DNA of 64,000 bases from an uncultured Trueperaceae bacterium (GCA_963727505.1 CAVSGP010000008.1:17704-81703); one strand, 5' to 3'. Positions 47,522-57,257 are shown, counted from the first letter of the stretch. Made by a program: numbers and translations. Notes: generated by a model from the letters alone, not told the origin.

Positions 47522-49453
47522 ATGAGCCCGTCGCCCGCCTCGCAGTCGCAGGCCGGCGCTGCGCGTCCTTCGGGGCTCGAGCGCTGGCTTCCGGCGTGGG
47601 GTTGGCTGCGGCGTTACGATCGCCGCGACCTCGGTGGCGACGTCACCGCCGGCATCGTGGTGGCGGTCATGCTGGTCCCCCAGGGCATGGCCTACGCCAT
47701 GCTGGCGGGCATGCCGCCGGTGGCGGGCCTGTACGCGTCCGCCATCCCGGTGCTGGCGTACGTGCTGTTCGGGTCCTCGCGTCAGTTGGCGGTCGGCCCG
47801 TCGGCGCTGACGGCGCTGCTCACGCTGGCCGGCGTGTCGCAACTCGCGACTCCCGGCAGCGCCTCGTTCGTGGTGCTGGCCGGGGCGTTGGCGCTGATGG
47901 CGGGGTTGTTCCAGCTCCTGCTGGGCCTGCTGCGCGCCGGCTTCATCACCAACTTCCTCTCCAGCGCCGTCATCAACGGCTTCACCTCGGGCGCGGCGAT
48001 CATCATCGCCGTCAACCAGCTCAAGGACCTGCTGGGCGTGAAAGCGGACGCCGGCGCCGGCCTGGTGGGGCTGGTGCGCGGCCTGCTGCCGCACCTGCAC
48101 CAGACCAACCTGCCGACCCTCGTCATCGGCGCGGGAGCCGTGGCGCTGCTACTCGCTCTCAAGCGCTGGCGCGTGCGCGCCCTCCCCGGGCCGCTGGTCG
48201 CGGTGGTGCTGGGTACCGTGGCGGTGGGGCTGACGCATCTCGACGCCGGCGGGGTGGCGGTGGTGGGACGCGTACCGCGCGGCCTGCCGCTGCCCGCGCT
48301 GCCGGCCATCGACCTGGGCACCCTGCCCGCGCTCGTCCCCGCCGCCCTCACCCTCGCGTTCGTGGGGTTCATGGAGGCGATCGCGGTGGGCAGGTCCCTC
48401 GCTGCGCGCGAGCGCACCACCGTGGACGCCAACCGCGAGCTCATCGGGCTCGGCCTCGCCAACCTGGTGTCGGGCGTGGTGCGTGGCTACCCGCTGGGGG
48501 GCGGCTTCGGCCGCTCGGCGGTGAACTACGAGGCCGGCGCACGCACGCAGCTCGCCTCGGTGGTGCGCGCGGCGCTGCTGGTGCTGACGCTGTTGGCGCT
48601 GACCCCGCTCTTCACGTTCCTGCCGCGCGCGGTGCTGGGCGCCATCGTGTTCGTGGCGGTGATCGGGCTGGTCGACCTGCGCGAGCCCGTCCGGCTGTTC
48701 CGGGTGCGTCCCGCCGACGGTTGGACGCTGATCGTCACCTTCGCGGCCACGCTCTTCATCGGGGTGGAGGCCGGCATCCTGATCGGCGTGGCGTTCTCGC
48801 TGTTGGTCTTCGTGGCGCGCAGCGCCTATCCCCACGTGGCGGAGCTGGGCTGGCTGCAGGGCGACGGCGTGTTCCGTAACGTGCTGCGCTTCGAGGATGC
48901 CCGGCGCTACCGCGGCGTGCTGCTGGCGCGCCCCGACGCCTCGCTCTACTTCGCCAACATGGCGTTCCTGGAGAGCTGGCTCGACGACGCCCTGCGGCGC
49001 CGCGCCGCCGACGCTGGCGAGCCCGTGCGCGCCGTGGTGCTCGACTGCTCGGCGGTGAACGACGTCGATGCCGTGGCGCTGGAGGCGCTCGAGCGGCGCC
49101 TGATCGCCTGGGACGGCGCCGGCGTGGCGCTCCATCTGGCCGGCGTGAAGGGCCCGGTGCGCGACCGGCTGGCGCGCTCCGGCTTCAGCCGGCGCCGCCC
49201 CGAGCGCGTGGCGCACCTGAGCGTGGCGCACGCGTTGGAGGCTCTCGGTGCCGAGCTCGAGGCTCCCGCCAGCACCGTGGCCCCCGCCGGCGCGTCCGCG
49301 TCCGACCCGGACCTCCCGGGCGGGAGCGGGAGCGGGACCGGGACCGGGGACGGCGAGCCTCCGACCGGAGCGACCGAAGCCAGCGATGCGTCCCCATCTC
49401 CCCGAACGTCCGCCGGGCCGAAGAGGCGCCGCGCGGTAGGAGGAAACCCATGA
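47522..49453 (+). CDS. SulP/SLC26 anion transporter with STAS domain
   Basis: GDVTAG, PQGMAYA, GLY, GSSRQLAVGP, NRELIGLG, RSAVN, LYFAN, STAS; low-complexity tail. Confidence 0.93.
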   Translation: MSPSPASQSQAGAARPSGLERWLPAWGWLRRYDRRDLGGDVTAGIVVAVMLVPQGMAYAMLAGMPPVAGLYASAIPVLAYVLFGSSRQLAVGPSALTALLTLAGVSQLATPGSASFVVLAGALALMAGLFQLLLGLLRAGFITNFLSSAVINGFTSGAAIIIAVNQLKDLLGVKADAGAGLVGLVRGLLPHLHQTNLPTLVIGAGAVALLLALKRWRVRALPGPLVAVVLGTVAVGLTHLDAGGVAVVGRVPRGLPLPALPAIDLGTLPALVPAALTLAFVGFMEAIAVGRSLAARERTTVDANRELIGLGLANLVSGVVRGYPLGGGFGRSAVNYEAGARTQLASVVRAALLVLTLLALTPLFTFLPRAVLGAIVFVAVIGLVDLREPVRLFRVRPADGWTLIVTFAATLFIGVEAGILIGVAFSLLVFVARSAYPHVAELGWLQGDGVFRNVLRFEDARRYRGVLLARPDASLYFANMAFLESWLDDALRRRAADAGEPVRAVVLDCSAVNDVDAVALEALERRLIAWDGAGVALHLAGVKGPVRDRLARSGFSRRRPERVAHLSVAHALEALGAELEAPASTVAPAGASASDPDLPGGSGSGTGTGDGEPPTGATEASDASPSPRTSAGPKRRRAVGGNP

Positions 49454-49854
49454 AGCGATCGTCCCTTCCCCCGCTGGCGCGCCGCGCCTGGCCGCTCGCG
49501 GCCGCGCTGGCGCTGGTGCTCACCCTCACGGCCTGCGGCAACACCTACAAGACCGTCAGCGTGAAGGACCTGCGCGCCGCCAGCGAGCCCAACCGCATCG
49601 TGCTCGACGTCCGCGAGCCGTACGAATACGCCGCCGGTCACATCGCCGGCGCCAAGCTGCTGCCGCTGTCGCAACTGCAGTCGCGCCTCGACGAGGTGCC
49701 TTCCGACCAGCCCGTGTACGTCTACTGCCACTCCGGCAACCGCTCCAAGCAGGCCAGCGAGATCCTCGCCAAGGCCGGCATGAAGGACATCCGCGACGTG
49801 CGGGGCGGCATCCTGGCCTGGGAGGCCGCCGGCTACCCCATCACCAAGGAGTAG
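49450..49854 (+). CDS. Rhodanese-domain lipoprotein
   Basis: Signal peptide with lipobox LTAC; DVREPYEY..GHI, CHSGNRS, GGI.AW. Confidence 0.88.
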   Translation: MKRSSLPPLARRAWPLAAALALVLTLTACGNTYKTVSVKDLRAASEPNRIVLDVREPYEYAAGHIAGAKLLPLSQLQSRLDEVPSDQPVYVYCHSGNRSKQASEILAKAGMKDIRDVRGGILAWEAAGYPITKE

Positions 49855-49871
49855 CCGGGACGCTCCCGATG

Positions 49872-49911
49872 CCACGTCGAAGGGCGGCCGCGCGGCCGCC
49901 CTTCGACGTGG
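49872..49911. terminator. Perfect 40-bp palindrome between convergent genes
   Basis: CCACGTCGAAGGGCGGCCGC|GCGGCCGCCCTTCGACGTGG. Confidence 0.7.
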
Positions 49912-49951
49912 ATGTGCTTCAAGTGCGGGTCGCGAGGCCGCGCTCCGCGGA

Positions 49952-50611
49952 TCAGTCGCCCATGCGCCGCACGTTGCCGCCGCCGGCGATCGTCTGCTTC
50001 AGCTTGGGATCGCCGTGGTAGCGCACCCGGCCGTAGCCCGAGATGCTGACATCGAGGCTGTCGGTGACGCGCAATTCCGCGTCGCCGTGACCGCTGATGT
50101 GCACCTCCGCGCGCTGCGCCGAGAGCTCCGGCAGCTCGACCTCCCCGGAACCGGCGATGTCGATGCGTGCGTCGTCGACCTTGCCGCGCGCCTCGATCTC
50201 GCCGCGGCCGTTGATCTTCACGCGTAGCGCGCCGGCCTGCAGGTCGTCGATGTGCACGTTGCCCTGGCCGCTGATGGCCAGGGTGAGGTCGTCGGCGCGG
50301 AGCGACGCGGCGTGGATGCTCCCGCGACCCGACACGCCGATGCGCCGCAGGGTGTCGACCCCGATGCGGTAGGTGAGCGGGTGCCGACCGATGAACCGCA
50401 GCCCCTCCACCAGGCGCTCGAGCCAGTCCTGTCCGATCTCGAGGATGAGCGAGCCCCCCTCGACCCGCACGCTCAGTTTCTGCAGCAACTCGGGATCGCC
50501 CTCCACCACGAGACTCTCGCCCTCGCCCTGGGTCACGATCATGTCGCCGAACCAGCGGAGCTCCACGGTGTCGAAATCGCGGACCTCGAATTCCTTGCGT
50601 TCCTCGGCCAT
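49952..50611 (-). CDS. DUF2807 (head GIN domain) protein
   Basis: Repeated ISGxG beta-helix motifs; C-terminal G.VRYHGDP; GGAGG RBS. Confidence 0.85.
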   Translation of the reverse strand: MAEERKEFEVRDFDTVELRWFGDMIVTQGEGESLVVEGDPELLQKLSVRVEGGSLILEIGQDWLERLVEGLRFIGRHPLTYRIGVDTLRRIGVSGRGSIHAASLRADDLTLAISGQGNVHIDDLQAGALRVKINGRGEIEARGKVDDARIDIAGSGEVELPELSAQRAEVHISGHGDAELRVTDSLDVSISGYGRVRYHGDPKLKQTIAGGGNVRRMGD

Positions 50612-50753
50612 GCCCTACCTCCCATCGTGGGCCCGCATCTACGCGGCGCCCTCCACGCGGTCATGCTAGCGCGGCGCCCTCCACGCCACGTCCTCCGAAA
50701 GGAGGACGCGCGCCCCCGGCGGGAGCGCTACAGTCGTTGGCCGAGGAGGGTCT

Positions 50754-51665
50754 GTGATGACGCGTGATAGAGAAAGACGTCCGAGAGGAGCCGGCCTGGC
50801 GATCGTGCTGATCGTCGTGGGGGTTCTCATCTTGCTGGCGAACTTCGGTTGGTTCGACTGGTTCACGCTGCTGCGGCTCGGCTCGCTGTGGCCGGTGCTG
50901 CTGATAGCCATCGGCGCCGACATGCTCACCCGAGGCCGCTACCGCGTGTGGGTCTGGGGCGCGGCGATCGTAATCGGCGCGCTGTTCTACGTCTACGACA
51001 CCGGTGGCCCGCGCGGCGTCTTCGGCGGCGGCCCGGCGGAGACGCACGCCGTAACGCACAGCCTGGCGGGCGCCGACGCGGCGGAAGTGACCATCTCCAC
51101 CAGCGTCGGCACCCTGCGCCTGTCCGACCTGACGTCGGGTGGCGAGCTGGTGCAGGGCACCATCCAGACGGGGCGCGGAGAGACGCTCGCCGACGACCTC
51201 AGCCACCGCGGGAACACGGCCGTGTTGCGACTCACCAGTCAGCAACGTCCCGGCGTGAACCTGGGCGGCGGCGCCGACCGGCGCACCTGGGACCTGCAGC
51301 TCACGCGCTCCGTGCCGATCGCGCTGGACATCAACACCGGCGTGGGGCAGGCGCGGCTCGACCTGCGGTCGCTCGACCTCACCAGCCTGCGCATGGAGGC
51401 GGGCGTGGGCGAGGTCACCGCGACGCTGCCGGCGCACGGGGTGTACCAGGCCGACTTCAAGGCCGGCGTGGGGGCGACCCACGTGACCATCCCGTCGTCG
51501 ATGGCCGCCCGCGTGACGGTCAAGGCCGGTCTGGGCTCGGTGCACGTCAACGGCACCTTCGCGCGTAGCGGCGACGTCTACGAGACGCCGGGCTACGCAT
51601 CCGCCAGCGACCGGGTGGACCTGAACGTCGAGGGCGGTCTCGGACAGATCACCGTCGACCGCTAG
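50754..51665 (+). CDS. LiaI/LiaF-like membrane domain plus toast-rack beta domain (envelope-stress protein)
   Basis: LIVVGVLILL.N...LWPVLLIAIG N-terminus; repeated GVG..LDL motifs. Confidence 0.75.
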   Translation: MMTRDRERRPRGAGLAIVLIVVGVLILLANFGWFDWFTLLRLGSLWPVLLIAIGADMLTRGRYRVWVWGAAIVIGALFYVYDTGGPRGVFGGGPAETHAVTHSLAGADAAEVTISTSVGTLRLSDLTSGGELVQGTIQTGRGETLADDLSHRGNTAVLRLTSQQRPGVNLGGGADRRTWDLQLTRSVPIALDINTGVGQARLDLRSLDLTSLRMEAGVGEVTATLPAHGVYQADFKAGVGATHVTIPSSMAARVTVKAGLGSVHVNGTFARSGDVYETPGYASASDRVDLNVEGGLGQITVDR

Positions 51666-51790
51666 GCTCAGCCATCCCGAGGCGCGGGTTTCGGAGGGCG
51701 GGATCTCTTCGGCGGTCCCGCCCGATCTCTGGTCGCGCCCGATTTCTGAGCGCGCCCGTTGTCTGGGCGCGCCCCGTCGCTGCCTCGCAC

Positions 51791-52336
51791 TCAGGGCTGG
51801 TAGCGGGTCACCTCCAGCGTTCGCTCGCCGCTGGTCACCTGATAACTCTCCACCTCGTCGTTCCCGGTGTCCAGGATCAGGAAGGTGGCGGGGACGTCGG
51901 CGCCGGCCAGCGGGTCGTACCCCAGAAGTGTTCCGGGGTTGAGCACCCAGCCGGCGTCCGTGCGTTCGACCCGGTAGCGGTGGTCGTGCCCGTACACGAT
52001 CAGGGGGATGCTGACGGGGTCCATGGCTTCGGCGATCGCCGGGAAGTGGTTCATGACGACCGCCTGTCCGTCGAGGTGACCTTCGTACACCTCCCCGTGC
52101 AGCTCAACGTGATCGAAGGCGCGAGCCACCATCGCCATCCGGAAGCGGTCGCCGTCGTTGTTACCGAACACGACGTGGATGCGGCCGCCCGTGTAGCCCT
52201 CGGCCAGGATGGGCACGACGAAGGGCGAGCACAGGTCGCCCGCCACCAGCAGGGTGTCGACGTCCTTCAGGTGGGTCAGCGCCGCCCGCAGGTTCCAGAC
52301 GTGATCGTGGATGTCCGAGACGATGCCGATCCTCAT
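51791..52336 (-). CDS. Metallophosphoesterase (YfcE family)
   Basis: SDIHD, GD, GNND, GHDH, NPG motifs. Confidence 0.9.
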   Translation of the reverse strand: MRIGIVSDIHDHVWNLRAALTHLKDVDTLLVAGDLCSPFVVPILAEGYTGGRIHVVFGNNDGDRFRMAMVARAFDHVELHGEVYEGHLDGQAVVMNHFPAIAEAMDPVSIPLIVYGHDHRYRVERTDAGWVLNPGTLLGYDPLAGADVPATFLILDTGNDEVESYQVTSGERTLEVTRYQP

Positions 52337-52383
52337 GGTGTCTCCGTTCGGGAGCGGGCGGGGTCGTTCGCGGCCCAGCCCGG

Positions 52384-52869
52384 TCAGAGCTTGTAGCCGA
52401 TCTGCCGCAGGAGGCCCTTGCGCCAGGCCACGCCCTCGTCGTCCTCCACGCCGAGCGGCGGCGCGCCGTCGATGACGCCGAGGATGCCGCGGCCCTGCTC
52501 GCTTTCGGCCACGATCACCTGGCTGGGGTTGGCGGTGGCGCAGAAGATGCGGCACACCTCCGGGACCGCCTGGAGCGTGTTCAGCACGTTGATGGGGTAG
52601 AAGCCCTCACCCAGGAACAGCAGGAAGCTGTGGCCGGCACCGATGGCCTGTGCGTTGCGGCTCGCCAGCGCGACGAGTTCGTCGTCGGTGCCGCTGAGGC
52701 GCACCAGACGCGCACCCGAGGCCTCGCAGAAGGCGAGCCCGAAGCGGATGCCGGGCACCGCCGTCACCAGCGCCTCGTGGATGTCCTCCACCGTCTTGAT
52801 GAAGTGGGACTGGCCGAGCACGAAGTTCAGCGCTTCCGGCTTGTCGATGCCGACGAGGGTGAGCTCCAC
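52384..52869 (-). CDS. Adenosine-specific kinase family (DUF355)
   Basis: GQSHFIKTVED, GLAFCEASG, GHSF, YPINVLN, FCATANP, GRGILGVIDG. Confidence 0.9.
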   Translation of the reverse strand: MELTLVGIDKPEALNFVLGQSHFIKTVEDIHEALVTAVPGIRFGLAFCEASGARLVRLSGTDDELVALASRNAQAIGAGHSFLLFLGEGFYPINVLNTLQAVPEVCRIFCATANPSQVIVAESEQGRGILGVIDGAPPLGVEDDEGVAWRKGLLRQIGYKL

Positions 52870-53063
52870 GGCTGTCTCCTTCCCGGCCCCATTCGGGTCG
52901 TTGGCCGCACCGCGTCCAGCCTACCCGACCGTGCGCGGCGCACGACGTGCGCGACGGGGTTGCGCCGCGCGCACCCGCGAGGATCACGTGCGGAGGCGCC
53001 GGGAGTCGGACGGCCGGGAAACGGACGGTCGGGAGGCGGGACGCATGCTTCGCGGGCGCGCGC

Positions 53064-53666
53064 CTACAGCCAGCCGCGCTCGCGCGCGAGGCGCGCCGCC
53101 TCCACCCGGTTGGCCGCGCCGAGCTTGCTGATGGCCTCGGAGAGGTAGTTGCGAACCGTTCCTTCGGACAGGCCCAGCTCGGCGGCGATATCGGCGCCGC
53201 TGCGCCCCTGCCCGGCCAGCCTGAGCACCTGCCGCTCGCGGTCGGTGAGCGGGTCGGGCTCCCCCCATGCCTCGGCGGCCAGGGCCGGGTCGATGGCGCG
53301 CCCGCCGGCATGGACGCGCCGGATGGCGTCGGCCAGCTCGCTCGCCGGGGCGTCCTTGAGTAGGTAGCCGCTGGCGCCGGCGTCGAGCGCGCGCCGCAGG
53401 TAACCCGAGCGCGCGAAGGTGGTGAGGATGATCACGCGGGTGGGCAGCGCGCGCTCGCGTACGGCGGCGGCGAGCTCGAGCCCGGTCATGTGCGGCATCT
53501 CGATGTCGGTCACCAGCACGTCGGGTCGCAGCTCGATCACGGCGTCCAGCGCGGCCCGACCGTCGGGCGCCTGGGCGGCGACCTCGATGTCGCCCTGGAG
53601 CTCGAGAAGTGCCGCGAGGGCGCCGAGCACCATGGCCTGGTCCTCGGCCAGGACGGTGCGGATCAC
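53064..53666 (-). CDS. NarL/LuxR-family response regulator (DesR-like)
   Basis: AEDQ, DIEMP, TTFARSGY, LKD, PLTDRE, SEGTVRNYLS. Confidence 0.95.
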   Translation of the reverse strand: MIRTVLAEDQAMVLGALAALLELQGDIEVAAQAPDGRAALDAVIELRPDVLVTDIEMPHMTGLELAAAVRERALPTRVIILTTFARSGYLRRALDAGASGYLLKDAPASELADAIRRVHAGGRAIDPALAAEAWGEPDPLTDRERQVLRLAGQGRSGADIAAELGLSEGTVRNYLSEAISKLGAANRVEAARLARERGWL

Positions 53667-53685
53667 GGGACGAGCCTACCGGCGC

Positions 53686-54855
53686 TCATGCCGTGGGCAG
53701 CTCCCCACCGCCGAGCTTCCCGGCCGGCGCTTCGGCGCGGGAACGGGCGCCTTCGAGCGGCAGCGCCACCCGCAGCCGCGTACCGCGATCGTCGGTCACC
53801 TGCAGCGTCCCTCCCAGCGCCTGCAGGCGTGCGCGCATGCCGGCCAGGCCGCCGTCGGCGACCGCGGCACCGCCCACCCCGTCGTCCTCCACCGTCAGCT
53901 CGGCGTGGTCGCCGAGCCTGCGGAGCCGCACCGTGCAGTGCTCGGCGCCGGCGTGGCGCAGGACGTTGGTGACGGCCTCGCGCAGGGCGAGCGCCAGCGC
54001 GCTCTCGCGCTCCGGCGTCAGCTCCAGCGGTTCGGCGTAGTAGTCGAACGCGACCTCACCTGCCTCCAGCGCCAGCTTGACGTTGGCCAGCTCGCCCTGC
54101 AAGCCGCGCGCGCGGAAGCCGGTGACGGCACTGCGCACCTCAGCGAGGGCCTCGCGCGAGATGCGTTCTACGTCCCGCATCTCGCCGGCGGCGCGCTCCG
54201 GGTCGTCGAGCGCAAGCTTGTGGGCCAGCTCGGATTTCAGCGTGATGGTCGACAGGGTGTGCCCCAGCAGGTCGTGCAGGTCGCGCGCGATGCGCTCGCG
54301 TTCGGCGATGGCTGCCAGGTGCTCGATCTGGTCCTGCGCCATCGCCAGGCGCGCGTTGGTCTGGACGCGTTCACGCTGGAACAGCACCGACAGCCCGATG
54401 ACCGGCACGAGCAGCAACGCCGGCGCGAAGGCCGCCAGCAGATAGGGGAAGGGGATGCGCGAGGTGAACGCGGCCAGCAGCACCGTGGCCATCACCAGGG
54501 CCACCGCCGTGAGCGCACGCCGTCGCGGCCGCAGCGCTCCTCCGGCGGCGGCGGCGTAGACGAGGAAGGTGGTGGCACCCGAGTTGATGGGGATGCTGGC
54601 CACGCCGATGGCGACCATCGCGATGATGCCGAGCACGGCGCCGGGTCGTCGGCGCTCGCGGCTCCACAGGTAGGGTTGAGCGGTGCAGCGCGGGAACGTC
54701 CACAGGTAGACGGGGAGGAACACCACGGTCATCACGCCGGTGGCGATCCAGGTGCTGGCTACGGTCGACGGGTCGAACAGCGGCTGGAAGAACAGGAACA
54801 GCAGGTAGACCAGGTAGACCGCGGAGGAGCGTGGGGCGTGGCGCTGCCGCGTCAT
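53686..54855 (-). CDS. HisKA_3 sensor histidine kinase (DesK-like)
   Basis: TM region; ERERIARDLHDLLGH, REAVTNVLRHA, DDGVG, GLAGMRAR. Start 54855 inferred from TAGGAT 7 nt upstream (alternative 54864). Confidence 0.93.
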   Translation of the reverse strand: MTRQRHAPRSSAVYLVYLLFLFFQPLFDPSTVASTWIATGVMTVVFLPVYLWTFPRCTAQPYLWSRERRRPGAVLGIIAMVAIGVASIPINSGATTFLVYAAAAGGALRPRRRALTAVALVMATVLLAAFTSRIPFPYLLAAFAPALLLVPVIGLSVLFQRERVQTNARLAMAQDQIEHLAAIAERERIARDLHDLLGHTLSTITLKSELAHKLALDDPERAAGEMRDVERISREALAEVRSAVTGFRARGLQGELANVKLALEAGEVAFDYYAEPLELTPERESALALALREAVTNVLRHAGAEHCTVRLRRLGDHAELTVEDDGVGGAAVADGGLAGMRARLQALGGTLQVTDDRGTRLRVALPLEGARSRAEAPAGKLGGGELPTA

Positions 54856-54945
54856 GGCGCCCATCCTACGCGCTCGATCGGCGCACGACGGCGTCGCTCC
54901 GGTCTGGGGGCACCGGAGCGACGGTCGTGGGCGTGATGCACGGGC

Positions 54946-55746
54946 TCAGCCGTAGGTACGGCCCTCGTCGCGGCGGTAGGCGTAGCCGGCGGCGACCAGG
55001 AACAGTGTTGTGAAGGCGGCAAGGGCGAGCAGGTGGTGACCCACGGAGCCGACGGGGTGGGCGCCGATGGCTGCCAGGGCGAGCTGGCCGAAGTGGTAGG
55101 CCGGCAGGTAGGGCGCGATGTGCTGGACGAAGGGCGGGAGCTGCGTGATGGGGATGTAGAGCCCGGAGACGAAGGTCATCGGCAAGTTGACGAGGTTCAG
55201 GACCGTGGGGGCGGAGTTGGGGCCGAGCGCGTAGCCGAAGGCCAGTCCCATCGCCGCGAAGGGGATCACCCCGGCTGCCAGCGTGCCGAGCAGCTGCAAC
55301 CAGGTGACGACCGGCAGCTGCACGCCCTGAAGCAGGTAGGCGGTAATCGTGAGGGCGATCAGCACCAGCGCCGAGAACATCACCGCCATCAGCGTCTTGG
55401 CCGTGAAGTAGGCGGACGCCGGCATGGGGGAGACGCGCTTCAGCATCATCCACCCCTGGCCGCGCTCTGCGGCGACGCCGGCGCCGAAGGAGAAGACGGC
55501 GGCGTTGATCACGCCGACCGCGGCATAGCTGGCCAGCAGGTAGGCGGCGACCCGGATGCCCTGCGAGCTGAAGCCGCCGAAGCTGCTGCCGAAGATCAGG
55601 TAGAACATCACCGGGAACACCAGCGTGGACAGGCTGTAGGCGCGCAGGCGCCAGAGCTTGAGGAACTCGTACTTGGTCTCGAGCAGGTAGAGGCGGGGCA
55701 GATTGCGGGTGGCGGCGCGGCTGGGGTTCGCCGTGGTGGTGGTCAT
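54946..55746 (-). CDS. ABC-2 exporter permease (YvfS-like)
   Basis: Six TMs; ERGQGW, LP.YH; AGGAGG RBS. Confidence 0.9.
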   Translation of the reverse strand: MTTTTANPSRAATRNLPRLYLLETKYEFLKLWRLRAYSLSTLVFPVMFYLIFGSSFGGFSSQGIRVAAYLLASYAAVGVINAAVFSFGAGVAAERGQGWMMLKRVSPMPASAYFTAKTLMAVMFSALVLIALTITAYLLQGVQLPVVTWLQLLGTLAAGVIPFAAMGLAFGYALGPNSAPTVLNLVNLPMTFVSGLYIPITQLPPFVQHIAPYLPAYHFGQLALAAIGAHPVGSVGHHLLALAAFTTLFLVAAGYAYRRDEGRTYG

Positions 55747-55769
55747 CGGGGGTCCTCCTGGGTAGGCAC

Positions 55770-56735
55770 TCAGGCCTGGGGGCGCTGCGTTAGGGCGAGG
55801 AAGGCGTCCTCGAGGCCGGCGCCGCCGACCTCCAGGTCGTGCAGGGCGGGGTCGCGCTGCAGGAGCTCGAGCACCACGGCTTCGGCGTGGCTGGTGAGGA
55901 TCTCGACGGCGGCGCCGTTGCGCTCCACCGAGACGACGCCGTCGAGGGAGCGGATCAGCTCGGGTTCGAGGCCGGTGACGGCGTGCACGCGCCGGCCGGC
56001 GGTGCGCGACTTGATCTCCGCGGGGGTCCCCTCCGCGATCACGGTGCCGTGGTCGACGACCACGATGCGGTCGGCCAGCGCGTCGGCCTCCTCCAGGTAG
56101 TGCGTGGTGAGCACGACGGTGCGGCCGGAGCCGATGAAGTCGCGCACCTGCTGCCAGAAGGCGCGGCGGGCGCCGACGTCGAGACCGGTGGTGGGCTCGT
56201 CGAGGAACAGCAGGTCGGGGTTTCCGACCAGAGCCAGCGCGAAGTGCACGCGCTGCTTCTGCCCACCGGAGAGCTTGCCGTAGGGCCGGTCGGCGACCTC
56301 CACCAGGTCGGCGAGCTCGAGGGCGCGGGCGACCGGCAGCGGCGCCGGGTAGTAGCTCGCGAACAGCTCCAGATGCTCGCGCACCCTGAGGGTCGCGGGC
56401 ACGCCGGAGATCTGCAGCATCGCGCCGACGCGCACCTTGGCGGCGGTGCTCTGCGGGTCTCCGCCGAAGAGCCGGACGTCGCCGGCGGTGGGCTTGAGCA
56501 ACCCCAGCAGCAGCCCGACGGCCGTGGTCTTGCCGGCGCCGTTGGGGCCAAGAAGCGCCAGCACCTCGCCGGAGCGGACTTTCAGGTCGACGCCGCGCAG
56601 GGCCTGCACCGTGCCGTAGTTCTTGCGAACGCCCTTCAGCTCGGCCACGACGTGCCCGGGCGCCTCAGTGAACCCGGATAGCTCACGCTGTCGAGCCGAG
56701 AAGGCGGATGGCATGGTCATCGGTTGCGTTTCCAT
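55770..56735 (-). CDS. ABC transporter ATP-binding protein (YvfR-like)
   Basis: GPNGAGKTT, LSGGQKQR, LDEPTTGLD, TTHYLEEA. Confidence 0.95.
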   Translation of the reverse strand: METQPMTMPSAFSARQRELSGFTEAPGHVVAELKGVRKNYGTVQALRGVDLKVRSGEVLALLGPNGAGKTTAVGLLLGLLKPTAGDVRLFGGDPQSTAAKVRVGAMLQISGVPATLRVREHLELFASYYPAPLPVARALELADLVEVADRPYGKLSGGQKQRVHFALALVGNPDLLFLDEPTTGLDVGARRAFWQQVRDFIGSGRTVVLTTHYLEEADALADRIVVVDHGTVIAEGTPAEIKSRTAGRRVHAVTGLEPELIRSLDGVVSVERNGAAVEILTSHAEAVVLELLQRDPALHDLEVGGAGLEDAFLALTQRPQA

Positions 56736-56796
56736 GCCTGTAAGTGTCGCGCGCTACGCGGGTGGCGCCGTAGTGAGCAGCGTCATGGTGCAGGGG

Positions 56797-56808
56797 TGAC
56801 ATCTGTCA
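56797..56808. promoter_or_regulatory. Putative DesR-like response-regulator binding site
   Basis: TGACA-TC-TGTCA inverted repeat with extra GTCAT half-sites, about 60 bp upstream of the ABC-TCS operon. Confidence 0.55.
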
Positions 56809-57038
56809 TGGCCGTCATCGGCCGAACCGTGCCCGGAGCGTTCCGGGGCATGTGGCCGCCGGTCCGCGTGTTCTAGGCGCTCGCGAGGTGGGCGGTGTGG
56901 CCCGTTCTGCGTGGTGTGCAGCGCCTCATGACCGACCCCGACCGCAACTTCACCCCACGGAACGAAGAGTGCATGCGGCCGGCCGCGGGGGCTCTGGTTG
57001 GCGGCGGCGTGTGCAGGTCGTGGAGTGGTGTTCTGCCC

Positions 57039-57257
57039 TCACGCCTTCAGGAGGCGGTAGAGCCAGCGTGGCGTGAGGTCCGGGCGGTCCGGTCCGGCGC
57101 TGCGCGTCGGGTTGCGGTTGGGTCCGGTGGCCTGCATGCGGGTGGATTCGGCGATCTCGGTGCGGTCGGGGCGGTGGTGCCCCTGGCGGTGGTAGTCGGC
57201 GGTGCGTCGGAAGTCCTTGTAGCGTTCCATCGCGGCGCGCATCTCGGTGTGGGTCAT
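57039..57257 (-). CDS. Small hypothetical protein (72 aa)
   Basis: Strong AAGGAGGAA RBS before ATG 57257; no recognisable motif. Confidence 0.5.
   Translation of the reverse strand: MTHTEMRAAMERYKDFRRTADYHRQGHHRPDRTEIAESTRMQATGPNRNPTRSAGPDRPDLTPRWLYRLLKA

Noticed and set aside
379..56681. Numerous long Arg/Ala/Gly/Pro-rich overlapping ORFs in the six-frame track
   Set aside because: Expected shadow ORFs in high-GC DNA; they overlap well-supported genes and lack motifs.
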